Source: Lepidodermella squamata
Lineage: Eukaryota > Animalia > Gastrotricha
Reading direction: 5' to 3'
Assembly: GCA_047495785.1 (NCBI GenBank)
Contig: JBLDXI010000081.1
Coordinates: 1 to 64,000 of the forward strand
Length of the DNA: 64,000 nt
The notes under the pieces were generated by a model. It had not been told where the DNA came from and searched no databases. It saw only the letters and a program-made list of their open reading frames with translations. How positions within the stretch are numbered: the stretch's first letter is position 1; every line of letters begins with the position of its first letter. Below, piece by piece: positions 35,086-47,709 of this stretch. The translations under genes were made by a program, and so were the position numbers.

Positions 35086-35395
35086 TACCAAAAATCGACG
35101 ATGTTAAGGTAAATACCCCATGAGTGGGATACCGTTGGATAGCCTTGCGGAAATGAAGTCTGAAAATGGCATACGATTTCCATTTTGACCAGACGGCTTC
35201 AAGTGAGCAATCACCAAAGTTTCAATAAAAATATGAATTTTTGAAATTTTTTCAAAACTTCACCTGCTATTATATTGGTGGCTTCTAGGTGGCTTCTATT
35301 GATTTTCATTGTACACAGCCAGGTTGACCTTTCTTTGGGCTATCCAACGGTACCTCAGTCATGGGGTATTTACCTTACCATCGTCCATTTTTGTA
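35086..35395. mobile_element. Inverted-repeat element (MITE-like)
   Basis: taaggtaaataccccatga..taccgttggatagcc versus ggctatccaacggta..tcatggggtatttacctta. Confidence 0.7.
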
Positions 35396-36219
35396 CCATC
35401 GTTCGAAATTTATGAGGGATGCTTTCTTGTTGCTTCAAATGAAAAATGAAAAATAAACCTATAAATTGTTTCATCGTATCGCTTCAATGCATAGCTGGGA
35501 GGTCTGTAACCTGCGACATATGTCAATCGTAAGCTCTATTTTCTATTTCACGCGCCAGTGCGCAGCTGTTAGCTGTTTTACGTTCAGTAAACATCATGCA
35601 AATGCTGTTTGGAAACTGAGAAAAAGTGGTGGAAAAACGGCGGAAATACGGTGGAAATACTCGAATCTACCAAACCGGTAAAAACCGCATGATAAAAACT
35701 GCAGTTTTAACGGTATACCGCCACACTGGTTTTGTGGGCACTGCGCGATTTAAAATCAAGGAAACTTCCAGAATAATGTTTCTTATAGAGCCGCTTGAGC
35801 TCATGGCGACCCTGACCGGATTGGTGGTTTCAATAATCTCCGTTGTCTAGCCTTTGGATTAGGTACTTCGTGATCGACTGAATAATTTTGCGATCTAATA
35901 TACTGATTGCTGATCTGGTAGCTTTTCTTATAGCTTCGCCGCGCTTTCGGGTCAACGGTCAGCACTTCATCATTCCGGAAATTCATTCCCCTAGAATTTT
36001 CAGATTTTCCATGAACTTCGCTAGAAACATTTTTATTTTATCAAAGTAGCTTGCGAGAAACGGATGAGCATTCTTCCATTCGATAAAAGTTAAGTCTGAT
36101 ATCATGAAACGTATTACGAAATCAAACTATTAACATTGAGAAATTGATAACACTGAAAGTCGATATTTCAAGGCTGATTGAAAATTAAAACTATTTCAAT
36201 CAGTTGCAGACAACAATTC

Positions 36220-39200
36220 TCAGGATTCATCGTCTTCTTCATTGTTAGCTTCGTCAGATTGTATTAGAATTCTCTCGCCGTTCGAGGGCTTGACAAAATC
36301 ATGTTCAGCCGATTCAGCTTTCAGATACTCGCAAAGCACTGTTTTGGCCATGTCGCAGGAATCGGCCGAGAAAACGCCTTGTGGTTCTAAAGCTCCACCT
36401 ACAAGATACAAAAACATTCAAATCAAAGCTAAAGAGAAGAAGTTCAAGCAATTACATTCACGATCAGCCTCTTGTTGCGGAGCTTTTTCTTCCGAAACAG
36501 CTACCCCGCCAAACCAATTCCATCGCCCGACGTCGAGATTTCGAGCTCCAAGCCACGCGCCTCGACTATCAGATTCATCGGCGAAATTCAGCAAAATCTT
36601 CTCGATTTTCGCGAGTTCAGCAGCAGAAGATGCGATCGCAAGGAAACCACCCTTTCCTCGGCAAAATTCCGCTGCATCCTGCCATGCCATTTTCTCAGCA
36701 ACATAATCATAATAGGTCACCTAAAGAATTCGAAATTTCATTAAAATTCCCTGAACTTTGAAAGCTAACCTTAGGTGATCGGTAGAACCGGCAGATAACG
36801 GGCTTCTTCTCAGCGCATTCGTCAGCTTTGAAAACAGCCTTTCCATCTTCAACACGGTAACTCAGGCACCAATTGGCTGCCTCAGATTCAATTTCAGCAT
36901 CAAAAGTTGACCCATCGACCCAGAAAGCTTGATTCTTTGGCTGGAACCGCAATCCAATCCAAGCTGGTGATCCATCGAGAGTTGAAACAGCTTTATCCAA
37001 ATCGTTTTCGTCATTCAAAACAGCTGGGTATCCACCTTCTTTCCGGCAAGTTTCAAAGGCGTCACTTGCAGTTGATTCTTTAGCGATGAAAAAGTGTTTC
37101 ACCATACGATCGTTGACTTCAGATCGAGAGGTTGAGCCGCAGACCGGAATTTTCGAGCAATATTCGAATTTGCTAGTATCAGAGGCGAGGATGCACATCG
37201 GAGCTTTGACGTCGCTGTACGGCATTCGACACCCGTTGCCCTTCATTGTACCCTGGGGGAAGTTGTCTGGATGCAGGCCGTGGCGGTTCAACTCCTCCCA
37301 ATTGGCACACTGCTTGCCCGAGTCTGTCGTCGAAAGTGGTCCCTCGTAATCATAGCCGGTATTCGTTATTCTACAACCGCTTTTCGCTAGGTCTGACGCC
37401 CGCTCACCTGCGGCAGTTGCGTAGATGTGGAGATTGAATCCAATATTGCTTGAGTCGCCCTTCTCGAACGTCTGGAAGATCACCATCGCCCAATTTCGGT
37501 CAGTCCAAGCGACGCGGCCGGCTGAAACTCCAACTCGGCAAAATCTTAGAAAAAATAATGCATGCGGGTCTAAAATGGGAGAAAGACTCACTTTGGCCCA
37601 CTTTTCGTAGGGTCTGCGTCGGTTTTAATTTCGACATAGTCTTCACAAATGCCTGAATAATTTAGCAAAATCTAATATGCGATTCGAATGTCGAAATTCA
37701 ATCTTTACCATTAAAATATTTCGAGTGCTTAACTTCCGGCCTTTTTTCGAACCCAAACAGCAATCCGCTCCCTTCAGGCTAGTTACAAAAGAGAAAGCAA
37801 TATTACTATTTCGCACATAATTCAACGAACCGCTCTGATCAGCCAAACACATCGCATATTGGCCTTGTATGGTCGAGGGTGGTCGGGGGAGGTTAGGGAG
37901 ACAATCGCGCCAGCTTTGATTTCAGCAAGGCCGCCACAGGAGGTTGACTCTAGAGCTGAGCAATCATCGCCGCCGTAGCCATCAGGGCACAAGCATTTCT
38001 TGCAGTTGTTCGGATCTTGGTAGCCACCGTTTTGACACTTCACCTCAGTAGATCCACAGCTCATCTCTGGAAAAGGAGGAAATTGAGTTCCGATCTACGG
38101 GTCGAAGAAATGAAACTCACGCATGCAGTTGTAGTGGAAATTGACCCGTTTTGCATCATTGAACGCAATGAAGTCGCGCTGGCCCATCGAGGCCAAATAA
38201 CGCCGATCATGAGGAATCATAGTGCGGCGTTTGCGATCTTGCGAGAACGAATCTGAGGTGTAATGCATGACGGACGCAAAATCATAGGGCGTTCCGTAAT
38301 TTTTGTCCGTATGAGCCTTCAACGGGTAGAAATTATGATGCATTTTCCTAGAAGGAAAAAAATAAAATAAAATAATAAAGAAATTATAGAAAAAAGTTAT
38401 GCCCACTTCTCGACAGCGTCGAGGAAAACTCGAATGTGAGACTCGCCATCGAAACGATTCTGTTCGTGTTCCTACAAAAAGGGGATAGAAATAAAGGAAT
38501 CTTGAAACTTGAATAACTTACCATTCCAAGAGCGTGACCGATTTCGTGAGCTGCAATGGCAACCTGTGTTGAATTTGTAATAGATAGGGCATCAATAGAG
38601 CAATGGCACAAGGGCAAACCAGTTCACAGCCTTTGCCAATCGAAACAGGCTGGATTTTGCTTTCACGGGCCATTCCAAGAATCGAGTAGCACCTTTTACA
38701 GAAAACAATATAATCGCTTCCTTCATATTGAGAAAATCTTACCCGTCCCCACTAATGAAATGGATTCCGTTACCATGCGTTGGATTAGATACCTCTCGAA
38801 ATCGAACACAAGTCATTTTCTCCCATTGTTTTGCTGCCCGGCGAATGACGTCAGCAACATCTCGAGCTGTTACACATAAAATTATTTGCAGATTTCTAGA
38901 AACCTGACCATCTTACTGATAGCTCTGTCGAAAGAGAAGCTTATCGGGAAATTCCACTTTAAAATCCCAGCGTTGATTCCACGGATCGATTCGTCGTCAG
39001 TCTCAAGTCCCAATTCTTTCTTCAACTCGTGTAGAATTATGCGGGCTTGATCGGGCGAATGGCGGACCTCGCATGCAGGTGCCGCTGGAAATTCACTGGT
39101 CCGCTGGTCGTCATCCTCTTCGTCGGGATTTGGCGGCAGCAATCTAACGGCTTCGTCCTCGGCATCGTTTTCCGATTCTTGTTCGTGATTCGATTCATCC

Positions 39201-40994
39201 TGTTTCCAAAAACAGAGGCAGAATTAAGCGATGTACGAAGAAAAGGGAAATGGGGATATGGGGGTAGAAAGCCATAGAGGGAACATTTAATCAAAAAATG
39301 GTGTCGGTTTACTCATTCACGGCATTTTCCTAGGTTTATACGCCTTAGCTCCAGGATTTCACTTTATGCAGTCATTTGAATTGAAAAATCGAACTAAGAC
39401 CAAAACCGATCCTAAATTTAACTCTGAGCCCCAACCAAACTATAACCCTAACCCTAACCTGAAGGGGCAACAAAATCGACATATACCTAACCCTAATTTT
39501 AAGCCTGAACCCTAACCAAACCCCAACCAACCAATAAACTCCCAACTATAACCTGTTCAATTTTCAACTTAATTTCCTTCAACCTGCATCCCCTAGCTCA
39601 TTGGTTTACTGAAAACACAATTATATGGAAAAATATGTATAAAGGGTTACAATTCTTTACATACATTATGAAAGGTCAAAATAAACGTTTAAACCGTTTG
39701 AAAAATTGAATTTTTGAAATTTTTGATAAATTTTTCAATTCCAAGTTAATTTCTTTCTAAATTTGATGAAAGGAAGCTGCTACCTAATTCTAACAAGAAA
39801 TCTGAGATTTTGAACTTTATTCCTCTTGTGATTTCCATAGACAACTATATACAGATCGGAAAGTAAAGATCGTCCTATTGTAAATAAATAATAAATGCAC
39901 GTCAAAACGTGAAAAAGTGGGCACGCGATCTTCATTTTCATTCAATTATCGCCCTATCCGCCCATTGTATTTTTTTCATTATAAATTATTTTATAAAATT
40001 CCTAGAGAAAAAGTTTAATTTCTTCTAAAAATAGCTTTGGCTTTGCTACTTTTTCCATGCAAGTTAAGCTTTTATTTAGCTATCTTTAGCTCGCTCAGAG
40101 TATTATCACGCATACATGAAAATTTCGCAAAAAAATTCTGATTTGCTCAAGTTTTATATCGTTGGATAGAACAAAAATCAAATAAGATCATGGTATTTTT
40201 CTCGAAATTTTTCGGCGTAAAATAAAAAAAGTTTTACCGCCCTGAAAACTCTTAAAATGGCGATTCTACGTAAAAGTGACCAACTTTGAGACGGGGCTCA
40301 TTCGATAGAGGAGCGCTTCTAGTATTCCGTAAAATTTGTTTTGAATTTTTAGGAAATGAAATTTTTTCTGTAAGAATTTCAGAATAAACAATTAAAAATG
40401 TAAAAATTAGAACGGGCGGAGCAATGAGTGAATGAAAATGAAGGTCGCGTGCCCACGTTTTGGTCTGAATGTATTTACTATAGGACGATCTAAATACTTT
40501 CCGATCTGTATAGAGTTGTCTATGGTGATTTCGAATTTAGACTAACTGACCCGCTCCAAACAACAAAGTTGCTTCTTACCTGCTCTGACATCACTTTTCG
40601 ACGTTGTTCCATCAGCTGGGCTATTTCTTCGTAGATAGCGGCTGTTTCAGTATCGTCATGAATCATTGCGTCTTCATCAACATCGGCAGTTGGCGCAGAG
40701 CTTTCGCTTCCATCTGTATCTTCGAGGTCTTCGTTGTATGGCTCCTCTCTAGCGTGGCGTCCAATCGATGACCTGTCCTAAAAAATGGACAAACAAATTA
40801 GACGTAGATTCTTAAATAGAGCTAATAACTAAATCAGCTACAGAACAAAAATGGAACAAAAATAGAACTGAAAATAAATTTACCTGCGTTATGTAGCTGT
40901 CATTTAATGAATTATAATCACGACTGCCCAGTGCTGTTGAAACGCAGCCAGGAAAACACTGCGTAAGAATGAGTAAAATTGGTAAAACAATCAT
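36220..40994 (-). CDS. Astacin metalloprotease B, same architecture as A
   Basis: HEIGHALGM|EHEQNR, SVMHY, EGF, CUB, kringle, two CTLDs; colinear exons with copy A. Confidence 0.88.
39430..39555 (+). repeat. Degenerate (CCCTAA)-rich tract in astacin B intron
   Basis: taaccctaaccctaacc...cctaaccctaa...ccctaacc. Confidence 0.6.
39836..40524. mobile_element. hAT-type MITE in astacin B intron
   Basis: TIR catagacaact.tatacagatcggaaagta, 8-bp TSD gtgatttc on both sides. Confidence 0.92.
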
Positions 40995-41435
40995 GATCAG
41001 TAGCCTGAAATTAAGGTGACTGAAAGCAGAACGCAATAAAATTTCAAGTTAGTTCGAGCCCGCGAACATCTGTCAAGCTGTTACTAGCTAGCCTTATGGC
41101 TTCGTAATTAATTTGAGCACGAGTTGAGCAAACAGGGTCGAACAAATGGTGCGTGACATGTAATTAAAGTTTGAAATTTTTATCAAGGTTAAAATGTCTT
41201 TCTCGTGAACTGGTTCGCCCAACTCACTCAGCAGCAACAAAAGGAACATTGTCTGAGCTCAGACAATACTGTTACCGAAGGGAAACTCACAAAGTGGAAC
41301 ACTCAAAGAGTTGCAAGAGGCCACTCATCGGCTTTTATTGATAGATTTTTTTTTAAAAATCGACTGCACTAATCTTGCTAGAAAATTTTGTATTATAAAG
41401 TCAATGCGATTCTACCGGAAACGGATTGAATACCG

Positions 41436-42788
41436 TTATTGGATCATCAGTATGAGCACAACAACATCGGTTAAAACAGTGATGATTAGAATGACTGTAA
41501 ACACGATGCAATCAATAAAGCGAATGAGGGTCATATTCATTAAATTAACTTGAATGCGTAGAAACCGCTTCCTACCCGCCAGATCGCTAGAAATAAGGCA
41601 ATAGATGGCGCAGAGCACTGCAATAGCCATTTGACCAGCTAAGAATACCAGAATATAAGGAATTTCAGCTGATTTTGGTATCGAGTCGCTGATGCTTGAT
41701 TGCGAAACTGCCGAGGCCAGCACGACAGTTATGCAAAATGTCGGCCGATCTGGGTGTTCAGGTGGCATGAAACCAGCGGCGATCAGAACCAGTTGCAGGC
41801 AGATATTTGGGAAAAATATTGTCAGCAAATGAAACCCGTAACGGCGTTCGAAGTCGAAGTTAAATCGTAATGATGAATAATTCGTTCGCCCATTATCGCC
41901 TTCATCCAAAATATATTCGGCATTATAAGATATCAAACGCCACATCTCGCTCGGGTTAATGAACTCGAAGTTCTCTATTTTGATGCCATCGTTCTGGAAA
42001 AGGTATTTTGTTAGCCGTGAGTTGAAGAACGATTCGATCCTCATGCCACAAGATTGCTTGTCGAATGGGAAGTTCAAAAAGCTGCGAAAAACGAATTGTC
42101 AATCACAGTAGCTCAAGAGGTAAAAAGTCACAACAAAGCTTCTCACTACTTTGCTCAATCGCAACTCTTATTTTGCGTAGTATTGACATACTTTAGGCTG
42201 CAGAGTGACGTGAAAGCGCCTTGCAGGTACATTGTTACTTTGCCATCGTTGTAATATACAACTGTAGCTCTCTTGCTCAAGCTTGAAGGGAAATGCATTG
42301 ATAAATTGGGGAAATACAAAGTTTAGCTAGCAAACCTTTCAATTGTCGACATTTCGAACGCATTAATATGAGTGAAGACAGGGGTCCACGTCTCTGAACC
42401 TTTCAACTCGATGGCTCTTATATGAGAATAATTTGAAATATGCTGCCAGATCGCGCATGGGTGCTTCCAGCTGATAGCAAGCTCGCCGTAAAACGAGAAC
42501 CTAGGGACATTCCAGGTAAATTGAAGGTAGAAATATAGGAAAGAACAATTGTTACGATTGCTCGTCTTCGTTTATCCCTCGAAAATAAAATGGTTCAACC
42601 GATACATAAATGAGCATAGTTTCGGTGAAGTTAGCAACAGGTCGAATCCGTTGATCGAGGCGACATCTGGAAATCAGAAAGTCTCTCAGCTCAAGCGCAT
42701 CCGGGTTGAACAACGGAATCTCCTCCTCAAGATTCCCAGCGTTCGAATACGCTGTAAGAATTATCAATAGTATGAGTTGCTTATACAT
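41436..42788 (-). CDS. Divergent Cys-loop ligand-gated ion channel subunit (nAChR-like), copy 1, 4 exons
   Basis: Signal peptide, RIRPV, WTP, spliced C-x13-C loop ending NFPFDKQSC, four hydrophobic TM segments. Confidence 0.88.
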
Positions 42789-43309
42789 TACGCAGAAGAG
42801 GTAAATTGTCGCGAGATGGGAAATATGTCCTACTTTTAAAAAATAGTTGAAAGTCGGCTTGTCTATCTAGTGATCGGTACCGAGTAAATACACAACCCAG
42901 ATCTATATGTTGTCAAATATCCGGATTTGAAAAAAATACGTGTGCACGAAAGCTCACGTCACTCTGTTTGTTGTTTACTCAGCGGATAAAATGAACATCG
43001 CTTCGGATTATAACGCGATGATTACTCATTGAACTACCTGCAGCGATTTTGAGAGAATCCGTCAGCTAAGCAATGAACCAAGTGACAATAACATACAGAA
43101 CGATGTGATCAATCTGTTCCGATCACGATCTGTGATCATGACTTTTGTGCTGCTTCAATTGTTTGAGATGGGAAAGTTTACCCTGGCGTGGCGAGTGGCG
43201 AGCTGTTCGAAGACGTATATAAGTACCGGAATATTATAAAGGTTCACTATTTTTGAACGGTCCTAAGTTATTTCAAATGCCTTGCAACCCTTTTCTTCTA
43301 GACAGGTCC

Positions 43310-43800
43310 TCATTTACATTCCACTTTATACGGTAATTTCAGACCTTGCACAAACATCCAGTTTCTCTTCATTTCACAGGAATCCACGTCTGCGAACCTT
43401 TTAAATCGATGATTCTTATGTGTGAATAGTTTGAAATGTGCTGCCACATCGCGCATGGATGCTTCCACATGAGAGCAAGCTCGCCGTGAAACGAGAACCT
43501 TAGAACACATGTAATTATAGATTCATGGCAGAAATAGGAGCAATTATTACGATTGCTCGTCTTCGTTTATCCCTCGGAAATAAAAGGGCAATTCCGATGT
43601 ATAAATGAGTGCATTTTCGCTGAAATTTTCGAATGTGTTGTCAGTTGTCTCTCAACTCACGAGCTTCCGGTTTGAACAGCGGAATCTCTTCGTGCGGATT
43701 CCCAGCTTTCGAATAAGCTGTAAGGATCATCAAGCAAGATATGTAAGCTGTAAGCTGTAAGCTCATCAAGCTGTAAGCAAGATATGAGTTGCTGAGACAT
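43310..43800 (-). pseudogene. Degenerate 5' fragment of a Cys-loop receptor paralogue
   Basis: Homology to exons 1-2 (YFRGINEDEQS) with deletions and aagctgt repeat insertions; no TM exon. Confidence 0.75.
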
Positions 43801-44110
43801 TACATAGAACAAGCCACCTCTCCTTGGAAGCGAAATAAGCCTGAATTTTGTTATTGGGGAAATTAACTGACGCCGTAATAGCTATCTAGTGATCGGTACC
43901 AAGTAAATACACAAGCCAGATCCATGCCCTGTCAAATATCAGGAAACACGTGCAGGAAATACATTCGCAGTTCTGTTAAATGAATTGCATTTGATGACGC
44001 TAAAGCTAACATCACTACGGAATTTCTGGTTTGCTGAAATGGGATTCGATGTTCACACAGCGGCCGAATTGAATTTCGCTTCGGATTATAACGCGATGAG
44101 GAACTATTTT

Positions 44111-44135
44111 GAGAGAGAGAGAGAGAGAGAGAGAG
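44111..44135 (+). repeat. (GA)n microsatellite
   Basis: Direct reading. Confidence 0.95.
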
Positions 44136-44503
44136 TCAGTTCCTTGCGTTAACTAATCAACGAAACGATGGGACAGAGCACTACTAGGTGAAGGACACTC
44201 TAAAGGCAATAAGCCGAGAGTGGCAAAGTCGGGCAGCCCGAGTTTAACCACCAGCGTCTAAATATCCAGATTTTCTGCCTGCTAATTTTGTTATCATGTA
44301 ATTTCAGCAGTTTCTTATTCAAATGACTTAGTAGATGCTCACGTAGCCTTAACGTAGTGCCTTTTGTTTTTGCTATGAATCCAACATCTCTCAACAAAAG
44401 AAAAGATGATATAGCGTAGTTTTATGAGAACAACGAAAACATGACACAGGCAGCTTCATCAGCAAGCTATAAATTACAGTTAAGCCACTTAATGTAGCAA
44501 AAA

Positions 44504-46471
44504 ATGGCTAAATCAAGCAGATTGTTCAAGATCATTGCCGTCTTAACAGCTTTCTACGTATTTTTTAAATACACCCCCATCGGGAAATACGCTGGGAAGC
44601 AATTATTGGCTCAACTCCATCGAACACCAGCTTCTGTCAAGCTACTCAAGGCAACAAAATCCCATATAACTCAGCGACAGTCGGAAATTGGCGATGAAGG
44701 AGCCTTATTTTACGAGGGCTATCGACTCAGCCAGATAGGCCAGATGAAAGAAGCTGTAGCGATGTTCAATGAATCTTGGCGGGCGTACGATCTATCGAAG
44801 GAGGCCGGCCATTGGCCTACCATCGCGATTCACAGCATTTTCGACCATTTTCAGTACAATCTATACCGGCAAGCCGAGTATCAGGCTGCTTTTGAGATTT
44901 GCAAAACGGCACTGAACTCGGAGGAGCTTAAAAATGACGAGGAACAACGGCGATTTTTCCTAGTTCGAGCTATCAACGTGGAGGCGGAGGGTGCAATTAA
45001 GAGGTCAGCGACTCCAAACAATCCTCTATTTAATCACCTGGTGCCAGCTGTTTTCAAACCAGGAGATGAGAAAATTGGCTTGGAAATAGCCATGATATAC
45101 TTTGGTGGCATGCATTCGCAATACGCTCATCGACTTGCTGTCGAAACGTGGCGGCTTTACAATGCTTCGCTGGAACTTGGCCGGAAGCCTACTGTTAACC
45201 TTGTTAACTTATTGGAGACTCTCATGGATTATACTCAGGGTTTGAAATACTTCGAGGAGAGTAAAGTCTACGCTGATATACTTCGGCAAAACATGGATGG
45301 ATTAAGCGAGGAGAAAGTCAAAAGTCTCCAAGGAAAATTCCGATTTGTTGATGCCAATGTCATTTTAAATTTCTTGGAGGTACTTTTTAATTTTTCAATT
45401 TTTCAAATTAAAAATGTTTACGAACTTTGGATATTTTATTTTAATTTTAATTGTTAATTGTTAATTGTTAATTTCTTTTACTTTCTTCTATTAATTGTAT
45501 TTTATTTTGGGATTACGTAATGGAAGTTGGCTGACCCATTTTATTGTTTTTCAATTTTTCAGAGAAACGGAACTTCGCTCGACACAGCTCCGATCGATGT
45601 GCAAGTTGAGAAGGCTAAAGAGCTGGAGAATACTATGCGTTACGATCTATGCCGTGAAGATTCTGACATGGTAAAAGGTCTGAAGAAGCTCTACGAAGAC
45701 CCTAAGCTCTACTGTCGATACTCGAATCGCGGCAGACATCCCCTTCTCATCTACGCTCCAGTGAAAGAGGAAATTCTTAACCATGACCCTGTCGCTGTTT
45801 TAATTCACGATTTTGTAAGACCAGCCACTGCAAAAAGGTTCATGGACGAGGCTGATCCTCACTTATTCCAAGCCGGCACGATAAACCACCAGGGGGGTGT
45901 GTCAGATTTGAATTACATGCATAGACGCTCGAGGCATACGTGGATAAAATCTGACAACTACCCAGAATTCACTCGCAGGGTCGAGGCTGTACTTGGATTG
46001 GACCCGACGGACAATTTGGGCTGTGAGATGTACCAGATTAACAAGTACGGCATCGGTGGACACTACGGCGAGCATCCCGACTATCTCTACCCTTCAGTTG
46101 ACCCGGGCAGGGAGAGGATTGCTACCCTCCTTCTTTACTTCAATGAGGTTGAAGTGGGCGGGTGGACTGTTTTCACGAGATTAGGACTAAGAGTCGCCCC
46201 GGAGCAAGGCGCTGGACTATTTTGGTACAACATCCATCGGAACGAGACAATCGACCCTAGAACCCATCATGCAGCCTGCCCATTGAAAAGCGGCATTAAA
46301 TGGGTTGCTAACAAATGGTTCCGTTTTCGGGGTCAGTTTCACCTTAAACCTTGCGGCAAGACTGAGGTCGAACCTTTCACGCTCAAAGATTTTGTCGCTC
46401 CCAAGTGGCTGCGTAATAAGCCGATGACTTTCAAATACGTCGGACAATTACCTCCTGATGCCATGTATTAG
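44504..46471 (+). CDS. Prolyl 4-hydroxylase alpha subunit-like (exons 44504-45379, 45563-46471)
   Basis: LIYAPVKEE, YGIGGHYGEHPD (HxD), RIATLLLY..V..GG.TVF, HAACP, KWVANKW; phase-0 intron joins the two ORFs. Confidence 0.92.
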
Positions 46472-46629
46472 CTATATAGATGAATAAAATTTGTTGGCTA
46501 ACACATCAGCGAGTTATTTACTTACTCATTAAAATAAGCACAACGACATCAATGAAAATAGTGATGTGATGTGAATTTACTTACTATTGGAAGATCTTCA
46601 CTTTCAGATCTGTATAGAGTTGTCTAATA

Positions 46630-47081
46630 GAGACTAACTGACCCGCTCCAAACAACAAAGTTGCTTCTTACCTGCTCTGACATCACTTTTCGACGTAGTT
46701 CCATTAGCTGGGCTATTTCCTCGTAGATAGCGGCTGTTTCAGCGCCGTCATTAATCGTTGCATCGTCATCAACGTCGACAGTTGGCGAAGAGCTTTCGCT
46801 GCCATCTGTATCATCGAGGTCTTCGATGTAAGGCTCTTCGCTAGCTTGGCGTCGAATCGACATTCGTCCCTGAAATAAAGAAAACTGATTTTTTGACTTT
46901 TTCCCAAGGCAAATTTTTGGAGAGCCAAAGTAAAATAAAAATATAACAATACAAATAGCAATCACTTTACCTGAGTTATGTAGCTGTCATTATAGGCGTT
47001 ATAATTCCTACTATTCAATGCTGTTGAAACGCAGCCAGGAAAACACTGCGTAAGAATGAGTAAAATTGGCAAAACAATCAT
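46630..47081 (-). pseudogene. Truncated astacin paralogue C (first two exons only)
   Basis: Highly similar to about 40540-40994; ends at a remnant of the intronic hAT TIR near 46600-46625. Confidence 0.8.
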
Positions 47082-47582
47082 GTTCACTATCCAGAAATGC
47101 CGGGGGAACCCCCATACTGTCGCCGTTCGCGTATGTGTGTGCGGCGAAAAAAACCTATGCGGGCCTTGCGCTCAGTTCCCGCACGCCTGTCGCGCACTCC
47201 CACGTTTTCGTTCAGGTTGCTCAGAATGCGTTGTTACCGATTCTGTGACTAGCCTATAGCCTTCCACAACTCCCGGATTGTATGGTAATGGCATTAGCAT
47301 GTGCCGATTTCTGAATGTGCCGATTGTTACCGTAGTTCTTACCGCAGTTCTACCGTAGCCATGTGACGTAGATGTTTACGGACGCGGTACCCCGATTTTC
47401 TGCCTGAAAACATCGCGGAAAATCTCGTTCGATGTATCATTGTTTTGATGCAGAGGCCGGGCCGAATTTTTGAATATTCGTGTTCTGTGTAGCTCATGCA
47501 AAAAAATCGCGGTAGTCCTACGTCCGTCAACATATACGACACATGACCGTAGCTTTACCGTAGTTCTAGCTTAGTGAACATA
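47080..47582. mobile_element. Short-TIR insertion immediately 5' of the astacin C start codon
   Basis: atgttcacta...tagtgaacat ends and accgtagtt repeats; absent from paralogue B. Confidence 0.55.
47360..47545. mobile_element. Nested hAT-type MITE
   Basis: TIR catgtgacgtagatg/catatacgacacatg, 8-bp TSD accgtagc. Confidence 0.85.
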
Positions 47583-47631
47583 ATACATAATGAACATAAT
47601 GCCGTCTAGCATGGTACCGTAGATAGAAAAA

Positions 47632-47709
47632 GGGATGAGTTTTGAACCCTCAATCCTTCATCACCATCTCTCACGAAGACAGGCACGTTATCCACTGAGC
47701 TATCGCTCA
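47632..47709 (-). pseudogene. tRNA-Arg(TCG)-like pseudogene or SINE head
   Basis: Minus strand: A box TAGCTCAGTGG, GGATAACGTGCCTGTCTTCG, GATTGAGGGTTCAAAAC B-box-like, then TTTTT; acceptor stem does not pair. Confidence 0.55.
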
